The translations under genes were made by a program, and so were the position numbers. Shown here piece by piece: positions 38,884-47,805 of a stretch of DNA of 64,000 bases (positions are counted from its first letter, which is position 1; every line of letters begins with the position of its first letter). Source of the DNA: Phycisphaerae bacterium (GTDB lineage: Bacteria; Planctomycetota; Phycisphaerae; UBA1845); assembly GCA_963666835.2 (NCBI GenBank), contig CAXXGO010000006.1, forward strand, positions 1,120,001-1,184,000, read 5' to 3'. The notes under the pieces were generated by a model. The model worked only from the letters and a program-made list of their open reading frames with translations. It did not search any database and was not told the DNA's origin.

Positions 38884-39285
38884 TCATGAGCCCGCCGGGT
38901 CCTTGCCGGTATGCTTTCGTCGGAAGTCAGTAATCGCTGCCCGAACCGCATCCTCGGCCAATACGCTGCAGTGGATCTTCACGGGCGGTAAAGCCAGTTC
39001 TTCGACGATCTCGGTGTTCTTGATATCAAGGGCCTCGTCCAGCGTCTTACCTTTAATCCACTGAGTTGCCAGCGAGCTGCTGGCGATTGCGCTTCCGCAG
39101 CCGAAGGTCTTGAACTTCGCGTCGGTAATGCGTTCGTTCTCATCCACCTGAATCTGCAGCCGTAATACGTCCCCACACTCCGGCGCGCCGACAATGCCGG
39201 TCCCCACGCTCGGCAGCGACTTATCCAGAGTTCCGACGTTCCGCGGGTTGTTGAAATGGTCTACGACCTTCTCGCTGTATGTCAT
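38884..39285 (-). CDS. iscU: Fe-S scaffold IscU
   Basis: YSEKVVDHF.NPRNVG, GAPECGD, FKTFGCGSAIASSS, LPPVKIHCS. Confidence 0.97.
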   Translation of the reverse strand: MTYSEKVVDHFNNPRNVGTLDKSLPSVGTGIVGAPECGDVLRLQIQVDENERITDAKFKTFGCGSAIASSSLATQWIKGKTLDEALDIKNTEIVEELALPPVKIHCSVLAEDAVRAAITDFRRKHTGKDPAGS

Positions 39286-39357
39286 CTCGGTGTCTCTCTA
39301 TCCCCGCCGGCATCCGGTACCGATCCTACTCCGGCAAGCGGCGCTGGGTACTTGTCT

Positions 39358-40569
39358 CTACGGGCTTCGCCACTCAATATCGGCCGGGTTGACTCCTTCC
39401 AACGCCATCTCGTACAGCGGGCTCATCTCCCGCAGACGTCTGACCGCCTTCACCGTTGCCGCAATCGTTCGGTCGATCTCTTCCTCCGTGGTGAATCGTC
39501 CCAGCGAGAACCTGATTGAAGTATGGGCAACGTCATCGCCCACCCCGATCCCGCGCAGAACATAGCTCGGCTCCAACGACGCGCTGGTGCAGGCACTTCC
39601 ACTACTTACCGCGATATCCTTCATGCCCAACATCAGGCTCTCTCCCTCCACGTAGAGGAAGCTGACATTGAGCGTTCCCGGCAGGCCGTGCTCCCGACTG
39701 CCGTTCATAGTGATGAAGTCCAATTTCCTCGAAAGGCCGTCCCAAAGCCGTTCCCGCAGGCTGCGCAGCCGTTCGCTCTCTGTGGTCAGCTCCGCCTTGG
39801 CGAGCTGCGCGGCGGCTCCGCACCCGACGATCCCCGGGACATTCAACGTGCCGCTCCGCATGCCACGCTCATGTCCGCCGCCGTAGATGATCGGCTGCAG
39901 GCGCACCCGCGGATTCTTCCGTCGAACATAAAGCGCCCCGACGCCTTTGGGCCCGTACATCTTGTGAGCCGAAATCGTCAACAGATCGACGCCCATTTCC
40001 CCAACATCTACCGGAATCTTCCCGACCGCCTGGGTCGCGTCCGAGTGGAAGAAGACGCCGCGATCCTTGCAGACCGCGCCGATCTCGTCCACCGGATTGA
40101 GCGTCCCGATCTCGTTGTTGGCGAACATCAACGACACCAGGATGGTGTCCGTGCGAATCGCCTCGGCAACCTGCGCGGCACTGACCCGACCGGTGCGGTC
40201 CGGCCGAAGCCACGTAACCTCAAAGCCCTCGGTTTCCAGGAACTTGCAGGGGTCCACCACCGCTTTGTGCTCAATCGGGGAAGTGATGATGTGCCGACCT
40301 TGCTCGACGTACATCCGGGCGACTCCCTGGAGAGCCGCGTTGTTTCCCTCCGTCGCTCCGCTGGTCCAGATGATCTCGTTCTCGTCGGCGCCGATCAGTT
40401 CGGCAACCTGGCGGCGCGCCCGGGTCACGGCGGCCTTGGCGGTTTCCCCGAAGCGGTGGTAGCGGCTGGCCGCATTCCCGAAGTCCTCCCTGAAATACGG
40501 GAGCATCGCGTCGAGCACGCGGGGGTCCACCGGCGTGGTTGCGTTGTTGTCGAGGTATACGAGGCTCAT
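39358..40569 (-). CDS. iscS: Cysteine desulfurase IscS
   Basis: [49 protein letters not shown] overlap with the iscR stop. Confidence 0.97.
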   Translation of the reverse strand: MSLVYLDNNATTPVDPRVLDAMLPYFREDFGNAASRYHRFGETAKAAVTRARRQVAELIGADENEIIWTSGATEGNNAALQGVARMYVEQGRHIITSPIEHKAVVDPCKFLETEGFEVTWLRPDRTGRVSAAQVAEAIRTDTILVSLMFANNEIGTLNPVDEIGAVCKDRGVFFHSDATQAVGKIPVDVGEMGVDLLTISAHKMYGPKGVGALYVRRKNPRVRLQPIIYGGGHERGMRSGTLNVPGIVGCGAAAQLAKAELTTESERLRSLRERLWDGLSRKLDFITMNGSREHGLPGTLNVSFLYVEGESLMLGMKDIAVSSGSACTSASLEPSYVLRGIGVGDDVAHTSIRFSLGRFTTEEEIDRTIAATVKAVRRLREMSPLYEMALEGVNPADIEWRSP

Positions 40570-41063
40570 CCCGACAGCTCCTTCGTGCACCCTTGTCCGG
40601 CGATCTCGGGTACTCGATCCAGGCACTCCGGGGGCACCGTTTTCAGATCGTCCGCCAGCAGTTCTGCCAGAGTTACGCTCTCAAGAAACCGCTTGAAGTG
40701 CTCGTGGATTCGACTCGCCGGCGATCGGATCGGGCAGGCCAGTTCAAGGTCGCACGGCTCGGCGGCCGAGACGTCGCCCGACAGAACGCACCTCACGAAT
40801 TGCACCTCGCCCTCCATGGCCGTAATGACCTGGTCCAAAGTGACGGCCTCCGGCGGGTTCGCCAACTGGTAGCCGCCCGCAGCGCCCCGATGGCTCTGGA
40901 CAATCTCAGCCCGAGCGAGGTCCTTCAGGACGTTCGTGAGCAATGCCTGTGGAATGTGACATTCCTCGGCCACGGTGCGGGCACTGACGACCTCACCGGA
41001 GTTTCGGGCCAAATGCGTCAAGGCGATCAAGGCGTATCCGGTCTTTTTGTTCAGGGCGAACAT
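40566..41063 (-). CDS. iscR: Rrf2-family regulator IscR-like
   Basis: w[15 protein letters not shown]; three Cys (C-X11-C-X5-C) plus a downstream His; first gene of the isc operon. Confidence 0.8.
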   Translation of the reverse strand: MFALNKKTGYALIALTHLARNSGEVVSARTVAEECHIPQALLTNVLKDLARAEIVQSHRGAAGGYQLANPPEAVTLDQVITAMEGEVQFVRCVLSGDVSAAEPCDLELACPIRSPASRIHEHFKRFLESVTLAELLADDLKTVPPECLDRVPEIAGQGCTKELSG

Positions 41064-41116
41064 TATCAATTTCCACTGTGCGATCCTGGCTCATTGAGCC
41101 ATTATCATCGAGCTGC

Positions 41117-41148
41117 TTTCATATAGCACTCATCAGGTACGATATCAA
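41117..41148 (-). promoter_or_regulatory. isc operon promoter overlapped by a 25-bp imperfect palindrome (putative IscR operator)
   Basis: Minus strand TTGATA-17-TATATG; ATATAGCACTCATCAGGTACGATAT at 41121-41145. Confidence 0.55.
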
Positions 41149-41300
41149 GGATCTCGGCGACAAACCGGGGATGGGTATCGGGGCCTTGCGGAGGGCGGGG
41201 ATAGGTCGGCATCTCACGGAATAGCCGTTCACCCTTGCAAAAACTGCGAGAGTCACTATGCTCCACCGTCGGATGTCAATCGGCTGCAAGGAGGCGAGCG

Positions 41301-42098
41301 ATGCCGAAGGCTAAGCCTGGACCGGCGCTTTTCGAGTTGCTCGAAGAGGATCCCAAGCGGCCGCTTGGTGCGGCGGATAGTGTGGCCCCGAGAGCCGGGC
41401 ATAATCGATCGGATGCCGGTGGTGTCCTGCGGATGACGCCCGAATCAATCTCCAACGAGGTTGGCGGCGAGTGCTCGTCATTCATCAAGCTTGACGGCGG
41501 ATGTGTGCGGGTCTCGTTTACGAGCCTGTCGGCTGCGGTGTGTGCGTTTTGCGGATTGGTCGCGCTGCTCGGAGCCTACGAATTAGGGGGGCATTTCGGG
41601 TTCCGCCGGGGGTTCCAAAGCGGGCACGAGGCCGGTCGGGACTCGTACGCCGCCCGAACCATGGACGAGATTGAGATTGCCCGGCAGGAGGAACCGGCTA
41701 CTGATCTGGTGCGCAGCTTGCTCGCTGCCCCCAGCGGCGCCGGCCGTGAGGCGTTGTCCGGTGAGGTTGCTGACGAGGGCGATTCGGAGTCGCCGCGGTG
41801 GGTTCGTGATTTCACGTACATCGTGGCGCAGGAGTTCCGGGCGGATCGTCTGGAGGATGTCGAGCCGGCCCGCGAGTTTTTGGCCCAGCGTGGTCTGGCG
41901 ACGGCGGTTGTTCGGTTGCCCAGCGGCGCGGTTCAGTTGGTGACCACGCAGGGATACAATCATAACAACCAGACGCAGAGACGGCTGGGTGAGCAGCTCC
42001 TCCATAAGGAGCACGATATTGGGGCCGAGTACTACGCCTCGGGAGGCGGGTACCGGCTGGAAGGCTATTTCAAAACGCTCAAGAGCGATAGCTGGTAA
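41301..42098 (+). CDS. Hypothetical single-TM membrane protein
   Basis: SD AAGGAGG; one hydrophobic segment; directly upstream of the small basic protein. Confidence 0.7.
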   Translation: MPKAKPGPALFELLEEDPKRPLGAADSVAPRAGHNRSDAGGVLRMTPESISNEVGGECSSFIKLDGGCVRVSFTSLSAAVCAFCGLVALLGAYELGGHFGFRRGFQSGHEAGRDSYAARTMDEIEIARQEEPATDLVRSLLAAPSGAGREALSGEVADEGDSESPRWVRDFTYIVAQEFRADRLEDVEPAREFLAQRGLATAVVRLPSGAVQLVTTQGYNHNNQTQRRLGEQLLHKEHDIGAEYYASGGGYRLEGYFKTLKSDSW

Positions 42099-42112
42099 CG
42101 GGAGTCAATAGA

Positions 42113-42346
42113 ATGTCGATGGATAAATCGCTCAAGTCGAAGAACACACTTGAGCGGCACCGCAATGTCCTGACCCGCGCAGAGCGGATTCGGGTCATGA
42201 AAGAGACCGGGCGTTGGACGGAGGAGTCCACCGCGATAGGTTTGCCGAAGGTCGGTCACCGCAAGGCTGCAGTTGGCAAGAAGGGCAAGGCCGCCAAGGC
42301 AACTGACGCGAAGACCGACGAAAAAGCCGCTGAAGAGAAGAAGTAG
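42113..42346 (+). CDS. PVC-superphylum small basic protein (TIGR04137-like)
   Basis: MSMDKSLK....L.RHRNVLTRAERI..M...GRW......GLPKV plus Lys-rich tail. Confidence 0.85.
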   Translation: MSMDKSLKSKNTLERHRNVLTRAERIRVMKETGRWTEESTAIGLPKVGHRKAAVGKKGKAAKATDAKTDEKAAEEKK

Positions 42347-42406
42347 CGGCGGTAGCGGGGCGGCAATCGCCCTGTGTTTATGATTCCGGTTTACCGGACT
42401 AACTAA

Positions 42407-42440
42407 CGCCGCCACGATTCTTTCGTTGGCGGCTTTTTTC
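42407..42440 (+). terminator. Rho-independent terminator
   Basis: GCCGCCACGA...TCGTTGGCGGC followed by TTTTTT. Confidence 0.65.
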
Positions 42441-42441
42441 G

Positions 42442-43581
42442 TTGTTTGCCATGGAGGTTGACGCCGTGACAGGAGAGCAGTTTGTTGCCGAGCATGTCAA
42501 ACCAATTGGTTCATCGGGGATCCGGAGGGTCTTCGATCTGGGCGCGACGCTGAAGGACCCGATCAACCTCTCGATTGGTCAGCCGGATTTTCCGGTGCCC
42601 GAGGCCGTGAAGGACGCCATGGTCGAGGCGATCCGGACCGATCACAACGGCTACACCGTTACCCGGGGAATCGCTCCACTTAGGGATCGGATCGCCCGGC
42701 AGCTCAAGGAGGAGTTCTCGTGGGAACCTGACCTGTTCGTGACCTCGGGGCTTTCGGGAGGCCTGTTTCTGGCCCTGATGACCTGTCTGAACCCCGGCGA
42801 CGAGGTCCTGATCGGCGATCCGTACTTCGTGTCTTACCCGCACTTGGTTCGGCTCACGGCCGGCGTGCCCGTGTTCGTCGACCTCTACGACGACTTCCAA
42901 CTTCACCCGGAGCGGTTCGAAGCGGCGATCACCGCCAAGACCAAGATGATAATCGTGTGCTCGCCCGGAAACCCGACGGGGACGGTGCATCGCGAGGACG
43001 ATGTGCGGGCCCTTGCGGAGATCGCCCGCAAGCACGACCTGCTCATTGTGAGCGACGAGATTTATTCCATTCTGTCGTACGATTGCCCCAGCCCCAGCCC
43101 GGTGGAGTTTGCTCCGGAACGGACGCTGCTGCTGCGCGGGTTCGGCAAGTCCCACGCTATGACGGGGCTGCGGATGGGCTATGCGGCCGGCCCACCGAAC
43201 GTCATTTCCGAGATGGCGAAACTGCAGCAGTATACCTACGTTTGCGCGCCGCACGCTGCGCAATACGGCGCTCTTACCGCCATGGACACGGACATGTCAG
43301 ATCAGGTGGACACGTACCGCGCTAAGCGCGATCTGGTATGCGCGGAATTGGAGGGGGTCTTCGAGGCCGTGAGGCCTTCCGGGGGGTTCTACGTGTTCCC
43401 GAAGTGCCCGGCGAACTTCTCTTCCGCCACCCCGTTCGTCGAGCAGGCGATCAAGAACAACGTGCTCATCATTCCCGGTGAGGTGTTCAGCGCGCGCGAT
43501 ACGCATTTCCGTATCAGCTACGCGGCCCCGGACGACAAGATCCGCGAGGGCTGCGGAATCCTCCGAGGGTTGGTTGGTTAG
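42442..43581 (+). CDS. PLP-dependent class I/II aminotransferase
   Basis: INLSIGQPDF, SPGNPTG, SDEIY, GFGKSHAMTGLRMGY. Start may be the GTG near 42466. Confidence 0.92.
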   Translation: MFAMEVDAVTGEQFVAEHVKPIGSSGIRRVFDLGATLKDPINLSIGQPDFPVPEAVKDAMVEAIRTDHNGYTVTRGIAPLRDRIARQLKEEFSWEPDLFVTSGLSGGLFLALMTCLNPGDEVLIGDPYFVSYPHLVRLTAGVPVFVDLYDDFQLHPERFEAAITAKTKMIIVCSPGNPTGTVHREDDVRALAEIARKHDLLIVSDEIYSILSYDCPSPSPVEFAPERTLLLRGFGKSHAMTGLRMGYAAGPPNVISEMAKLQQYTYVCAPHAAQYGALTAMDTDMSDQVDTYRAKRDLVCAELEGVFEAVRPSGGFYVFPKCPANFSSATPFVEQAIKNNVLIIPGEVFSARDTHFRISYAAPDDKIREGCGILRGLVG

Positions 43582-43691
43582 CCGGCGTTATCCATTTGGG
43601 TGTATTCGAGGGGGCTCTGCGCGTTGGTCCAACACCAGAACTCGCCCCCAGCTTTGGTGAGGACTGCGGCTGGCCGAGGCGCAATGCGCAC

Positions 43692-43731
43692 AAAACCCCC
43701 ATCCCGAGGCTTCGCAAGCGACGGGAGGGGG
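43692..43731 (-). terminator. Terminator of the small hydrophobic ORF
   Basis: Minus strand CCCCCTCCCG...CGGGATGGGGG followed by TTTT. Confidence 0.65.
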
Positions 43732-43762
43732 ACTCCGCTCCTCTTTTCGCCTGGATGCTGAG

Positions 43763-43861
43763 CTAGGCTGCCGTCGTACTACCGAACAGCATGCTGATCA
43801 GCAAGTTCAACAGAATCGGCAGAAGGCTAGAAAGTAGAGTGCTAATTAAGCTGCTGGCCAT
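43763..43861 (-). CDS. Unannotated 32-aa hydrophobic peptide MASSLISTLLSSLLPILLNLLISMLFGSTTAA
   Basis: SD TGGAGGT upstream of ATG, downstream terminator, uncharged Leu/Ser/Ile-rich sequence. Below the ORF track size cutoff. Confidence 0.65.
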   Translation of the reverse strand: MASSLISTLLSSLLPILLNLLISMLFGSTTAA

Positions 43862-43987
43862 GTTCCCGACTACCTCCATTCAGAAGAAAACTTTCGCGGC
43901 GCCGTGGAGCTACTCTCCGGGCGGGGCTGCGGGCCAGGGTGAGCCCTTTCGCACAGTGCGGGGAACCCCGGCAGCGTCCAGCGCACG

Positions 43988-44010
43988 AAAATACCCGCCG
44001 AAGCGGGCAT
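43988..44010 (-). terminator. 5S rRNA terminator (UUCG-capped hairpin)
   Basis: Minus strand ATGCCCGC-TTCG-GCGGGTAT-TTT. Confidence 0.65.
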
Positions 44011-44026
44011 TCTCAAGAGAAAACAA

Positions 44027-44131
44027 TGCGGCAATAACCTACTCTCGCCTTGCGACTACCATCGGCCGTACAGGCTTAACTACCGTGTGCGGAATGGGAA
44101 CGGGTGTATCCCTGCACGTATTGTCACCGCA
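44027..44131 (-). rRNA. rrf: 5S rRNA (stand-alone, ~105 nt)
   Basis: TGCGGTGACAATA...CACCCGTTCCCATTCCGCACACGGTAGTTAAG...GCCGATGGTAGT...GAGAGTAGGTTATTGCCGCA; the 5' and 3' ends pair. Confidence 0.93.
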
Positions 44132-44137
44132 CCGCGG

Positions 44138-44165
44138 ATAATAGCGAACCCGCCCGTTACGTCAA
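44138..44165 (-). promoter_or_regulatory. sigma70 promoter directly upstream of 5S
   Basis: TTGACG-16-TATTAT with the -10 box ending 6 nt before the 5S 5' end. Confidence 0.7.
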
Positions 44166-44207
44166 GACCCAAAAAGAGAAAAAGTTCGGATTGGAAACGA
44201 GGGGCGC

Positions 44208-45242
44208 CTAGTCCTGCGCCTCGAGCGTCGCGATGTCGGCCAGCATGAACTCCACCGGCTGAACTGGCTCTGCCAGCTCGATTCGGAGTGGTAGATGCAG
44301 TTCGGGGGTCCAGGATTTGAGGACGCCCAGCTCCTCCAGATCAGCCGCTTTGAGCTGGATCACCCCGTAGGCACGCGACTCGCCATGCAACAGACGAGCG
44401 ATGTCCTCCGTCGGCCCGGCCACCGTAATCGTCTGCGTTACCAGCGTCATCAAAGAACCGTCCCGGGCCACCGCGTAATAGGACTTTCCCAGGTTTGCGA
44501 AACTCACGGCCAGCTTAATGGGCACGGTGGGGATCTTCTCCACGCTTCGATCTGCCTGCATCGTGGCTGTCACGTCAACGCGGGCGGGGTCGAGCCGCGC
44601 TCCTTGGCCAAAGGGCTGGTTGTCCAGCGTGACCGCCACCGTCGCCGGCTGCCCCGGAGGCTTGGCTTTGACCAGCCGCTCGACCTCCGCGGAGATGTCG
44701 ATTCTGGTTTGCTGGTCGGGCAGCGGGAGGTTGTTGAAAACGCTCTCGCGCATGCGCACCGTCGTCGACGATTGTGCAACTTCCGGCTCTTCATCGTAAG
44801 CCAGGGTGAGGCGTTGGGTCGTTATCGCCAGTTCGCGCGTGATCATGTGATCCACGACAATCGGCAGGGCGGAGGGCTGGACCGACACGATGGTCAGCCG
44901 GCCGAATTCGTGCCGTTGGTCCGTCAGGGCACGCTTGATGGTCTCGCGATCGAGGGTGAGAGTCGCTGGGCCAGTCGGGCGATCTGCGATGCGGAGGTGT
45001 AGCTCCAGAGGTTCACGCTTCTGCAGGTCGTCGACCACCCGCCTCGGGCCGGTTACCTGCACGTCGACAAGGCGGGCTTGGACTATCGGGTCGATGTCCA
45101 CCAGCATGTCACGGTTCGCCAGAGATTCTACGGTGAATGAGACGCGGATGGACACGGCCTCGTTCACCAGGCTGTCTGCGCTCGCCCAGACCAGCGCGGT
45201 TAGGATCACGGTCATGGTCAGGAGTTTGGCCTGCTCGATCAT
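44208..45242 (-). CDS. CdaR/YbbR-like membrane-anchored protein
   Basis: N-terminal TM (TVILTALVWASAD); VQVTGP and ITVAGP repeats; ATGA overlap with cdaA. Confidence 0.7.
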   Translation of the reverse strand: MIEQAKLLTMTVILTALVWASADSLVNEAVSIRVSFTVESLANRDMLVDIDPIVQARLVDVQVTGPRRVVDDLQKREPLELHLRIADRPTGPATLTLDRETIKRALTDQRHEFGRLTIVSVQPSALPIVVDHMITRELAITTQRLTLAYDEEPEVAQSSTTVRMRESVFNNLPLPDQQTRIDISAEVERLVKAKPPGQPATVAVTLDNQPFGQGARLDPARVDVTATMQADRSVEKIPTVPIKLAVSFANLGKSYYAVARDGSLMTLVTQTITVAGPTEDIARLLHGESRAYGVIQLKAADLEELGVLKSWTPELHLPLRIELAEPVQPVEFMLADIATLEAQD

Positions 45243-46123
45243 GAGCGTTGCCCTCCGTCGCTGCCGCCCGATGATGCCGGTTTGGCGGCTGCCGGCTTCT
45301 CCGATCTGACGGTCAGTTCCTTGATGAGCAGATCGCGCAGAGATTCCGGGCTGAGGGATCGGCGGAGACGACCACGACTCGCGACGGAGATGGTCCCCGT
45401 CTCTTCGCTCACTACGATTACGACGGCGTCCGCCTCCTGGCTCATGCCCAGTGCGGCCCGGTGGCGGCTACCCAAGGAGCGGTCCACTTCCCCGGACTCT
45501 ACCAGCGGGAACTGGCAACCGGCTGCGACAATACGCCCCTGGTGGATAATCACGCCCAGGTCGTGGAGTGCCGTGCCCGGCCAGAAGATTGTCTCAAGCA
45601 GCTCGCGCGAGACGGCCGCGTCGAGGATGACTCCGGATTCGGTTAATGCTCCGACTTCGCCCATCCGTTCCATAGCGATCAACGCACCGATCTTCTTCTT
45701 CGATAGGCGTTCCGCGGCGTCGACTACCGGGTCCACGACTTGAGTGGATGCCTTGGCCCAGTACTGTAACCAGCCTCCGGTGCCGATTCGCAGAAGGAAC
45801 CGGCGTAGCTCGGTTTGGAACGCTACCAACGAGACCAGGAAAACACCGAGAATGAAATACGGATAGAGAACCTTGATGCGCTCGGAATCCAGGTTCTCCG
45901 CAATGAGCCAGACCACGGCGAAGCTCACTGCGAGAATCGTCAGAACCGCCCGGACCAGCCGCGCCCCACGCGTTCCCTGAAAAGACCGCAGGATCGCATA
46001 CACGACGATCCCGATCAGGAAGAACTCGATCAGCGCAACCCACGGGCGCTCGGCCACCCGCTCGTACAGCGAGTGTATTCCCGGAAGAAGATCTATCTGC
46101 AGCAGAGTCGTCACCGTCTCCAA
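45239..46123 (-). CDS. cdaA: Diadenylate cyclase CdaA (DisA_N)
   Basis: Three N-terminal TMs, FQTELRRFL, GALIA.ER, IFWPGTALHDLGV, LGSRHRAALG, VVSEETG. Confidence 0.9.
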   Translation of the reverse strand: METVTTLLQIDLLPGIHSLYERVAERPWVALIEFFLIGIVVYAILRSFQGTRGARLVRAVLTILAVSFAVVWLIAENLDSERIKVLYPYFILGVFLVSLVAFQTELRRFLLRIGTGGWLQYWAKASTQVVDPVVDAAERLSKKKIGALIAMERMGEVGALTESGVILDAAVSRELLETIFWPGTALHDLGVIIHQGRIVAAGCQFPLVESGEVDRSLGSRHRAALGMSQEADAVVIVVSEETGTISVASRGRLRRSLSPESLRDLLIKELTVRSEKPAAAKPASSGGSDGGQRS

Positions 46124-46405
46124 CCGTGACTGCCCATGGAGCTGAACTATGAACGCTCACCAGCGCTCAAGCGCCCCAGCAGTATAGAACTTGGGCGCAG
46201 GAGTGGCAAACGCTTATCTCGGATCGCCCGCCGCTGCGGGTGGGCGAGTCTTGTGGCTTCGGCGGTGATCTTGCCGCCGGCAGTAATCAGATGGCTGCGG
46301 ATCTCCCAGAATCGTGAAACGGGTTTCCCCGGGCGGATCGGCTCGACCGTACGGTGCTTCCGGGACACGGTGGCTCATCGATAGGATCTGGTATACTCGG
46401 GATCG

Positions 46406-47134
46406 ATGAAGCTCATCCGCATCATGAACGCGTTTCTGGCCGATCTGGACACCCTCAGTTTTGGCTCGCCGGTTGCCTGCGTGTATAACCCGCTTGACTA
46501 CGCCCGAGATCCACACGTGCAGTATTTGAAGGCCTATGGCGTCGAGCCGCGCGAGACACTCCTGCTCGGAATGAACCCCGGTCCGTGGGGGATGGCACAG
46601 ACCGGCGTACCGTTCGGCGACGTTGTGTCGGTACGGGAGTGGCTGGGTCTGGAGGCTCCGGTTCGTTCGCCGGACTGCGTTCACCCGAAGCGTCCGGTGA
46701 CCGGCTTCTCATGCCGTCGACGGGAAGCCAGCGGCAAGCGGCTGTGGGAGTGGGCTCAAGATACGTTTAGTACGCCGCGCCGCTTTTTTACGGATTTCTT
46801 CGTGACCAATTACTGCCCACTGCTGTTCTTTGAGGAAAACGGGCAGAATCTCACTCCGGACAAGCTGCCGGCGGCCCAGCGGGACCCGCTGTTGGCAGTG
46901 TGCGACCGGGCATTGCTAAAGACCGTTGACGCTCTGCGGGTCAGGCGGGTTATTGGAATAGGGGCGTTTGCAGAACGACAGGCGCGCGAAGTCCTGAGAG
47001 ACACCGGAGTTACCATCGGTCGGATCCTGCACCCGAGCCCGGCCAACCCGGCGGCAAACCGCGGATGGGCCTCGCAGGCGAGCCGCCAACTCCGCGATCA
47101 GGGTGTCCGACTTCCTTCGGCAGTATCCGCGTGA
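46406..47134 (+). CDS. SMUG1-type uracil-DNA glycosylase
   Basis: VYNPLDYA, GMNPGPWGMAQTGVPFG, E.SG.RLW, NYCPL, LHPSPANP.ANRGW. Confidence 0.92.
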   Translation: MKLIRIMNAFLADLDTLSFGSPVACVYNPLDYARDPHVQYLKAYGVEPRETLLLGMNPGPWGMAQTGVPFGDVVSVREWLGLEAPVRSPDCVHPKRPVTGFSCRRREASGKRLWEWAQDTFSTPRRFFTDFFVTNYCPLLFFEENGQNLTPDKLPAAQRDPLLAVCDRALLKTVDALRVRRVIGIGAFAERQAREVLRDTGVTIGRILHPSPANPAANRGWASQASRQLRDQGVRLPSAVSA

Positions 47135-47208
47135 GCTCGCCCGGTTTCAGGTAACGCTTCCTTGTGCCCCCACCACCCGGAGAGTGACGGACGCGCTGAG
47201 CGTTCCGC

Positions 47209-47718
47209 CTAGTGCTTTGCCGGTGCGACGACCATCGTCATCCGCCGACCATCCATCGAAGGCGCCCGTTCAATCTTTACGGCTTCGCCCAGTTCTTCGA
47301 TGATCGTATTGAAGATCTCCTGAGCGAATTCCCGATGGAACCGCTCACGACCCCGAAACAGCATCGTGAATTGGACCTTGTTGCCCGCGTCAAGGAACCG
47401 CGCAGCGCGCTTCATTTTGATTTCGCGATCATGTGGATCGGTCTTGGGCCGGAGACGAATCTCCTTGAGCGTGATCATCGTGCCACCGGCGGCGTTCTTC
47501 TGGCGCTTCTTTCGGTCGTACTTGAACTTGCCGTAGTCCATGATACGGCATACGGGAGGAGTCTCGGTTGGGGAGACTTCAACAAGATCGAGGCCCGCTT
47601 CCCGCGCAAGCGACATGGCCTCGAACGTCGGAACGATACCGAGCTGCTCGTTGGCCTGGTTGATGACTCGGATTGGCGTAATCCGAATCTGGTCGTTGTA
47701 TCGAAGTGCTTTGGCTAT
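47209..47718 (-). CDS. infC: Translation initiation factor IF-3, ATA start codon
   Basis: In-frame extension of the track ORF gives (I)AKALRYNDQIRITPIRVI...LDLVEVSP...PPVCRIMDYGKFKY. SD GAAAGGT before ATA 47718; in-frame TAG just upstream. Confidence 0.93.
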   Translation of the reverse strand: MAKALRYNDQIRITPIRVINQANEQLGIVPTFEAMSLAREAGLDLVEVSPTETPPVCRIMDYGKFKYDRKKRQKNAAGGTMITLKEIRLRPKTDPHDREIKMKRAARFLDAGNKVQFTMLFRGRERFHREFAQEIFNTIIEELGEAVKIERAPSMDGRRMTMVVAPAKH

Positions 47719-47805
47719 GGCTGTCTACCTTTCAAAATATAACGGAAACGCTTCCGCACCGGAGCTGCCGGGCAATCACCCCCGGGCAACGTGCAGGAGC
47801 ACTCA

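Noticed and set aside
43940..43970. Cobalamin riboswitch (CCCCGCACTGT on the minus strand)
   Set aside because: Only a partial core match; the GGGAA and B12-box elements are absent and no B12 gene lies downstream.
43899..43984. SRP RNA or c-di-AMP (ydaO) riboswitch next to cdaA
   Set aside because: No TCAGG-GNRA-AGCAG SRP motif and no ydaO consensus seen.
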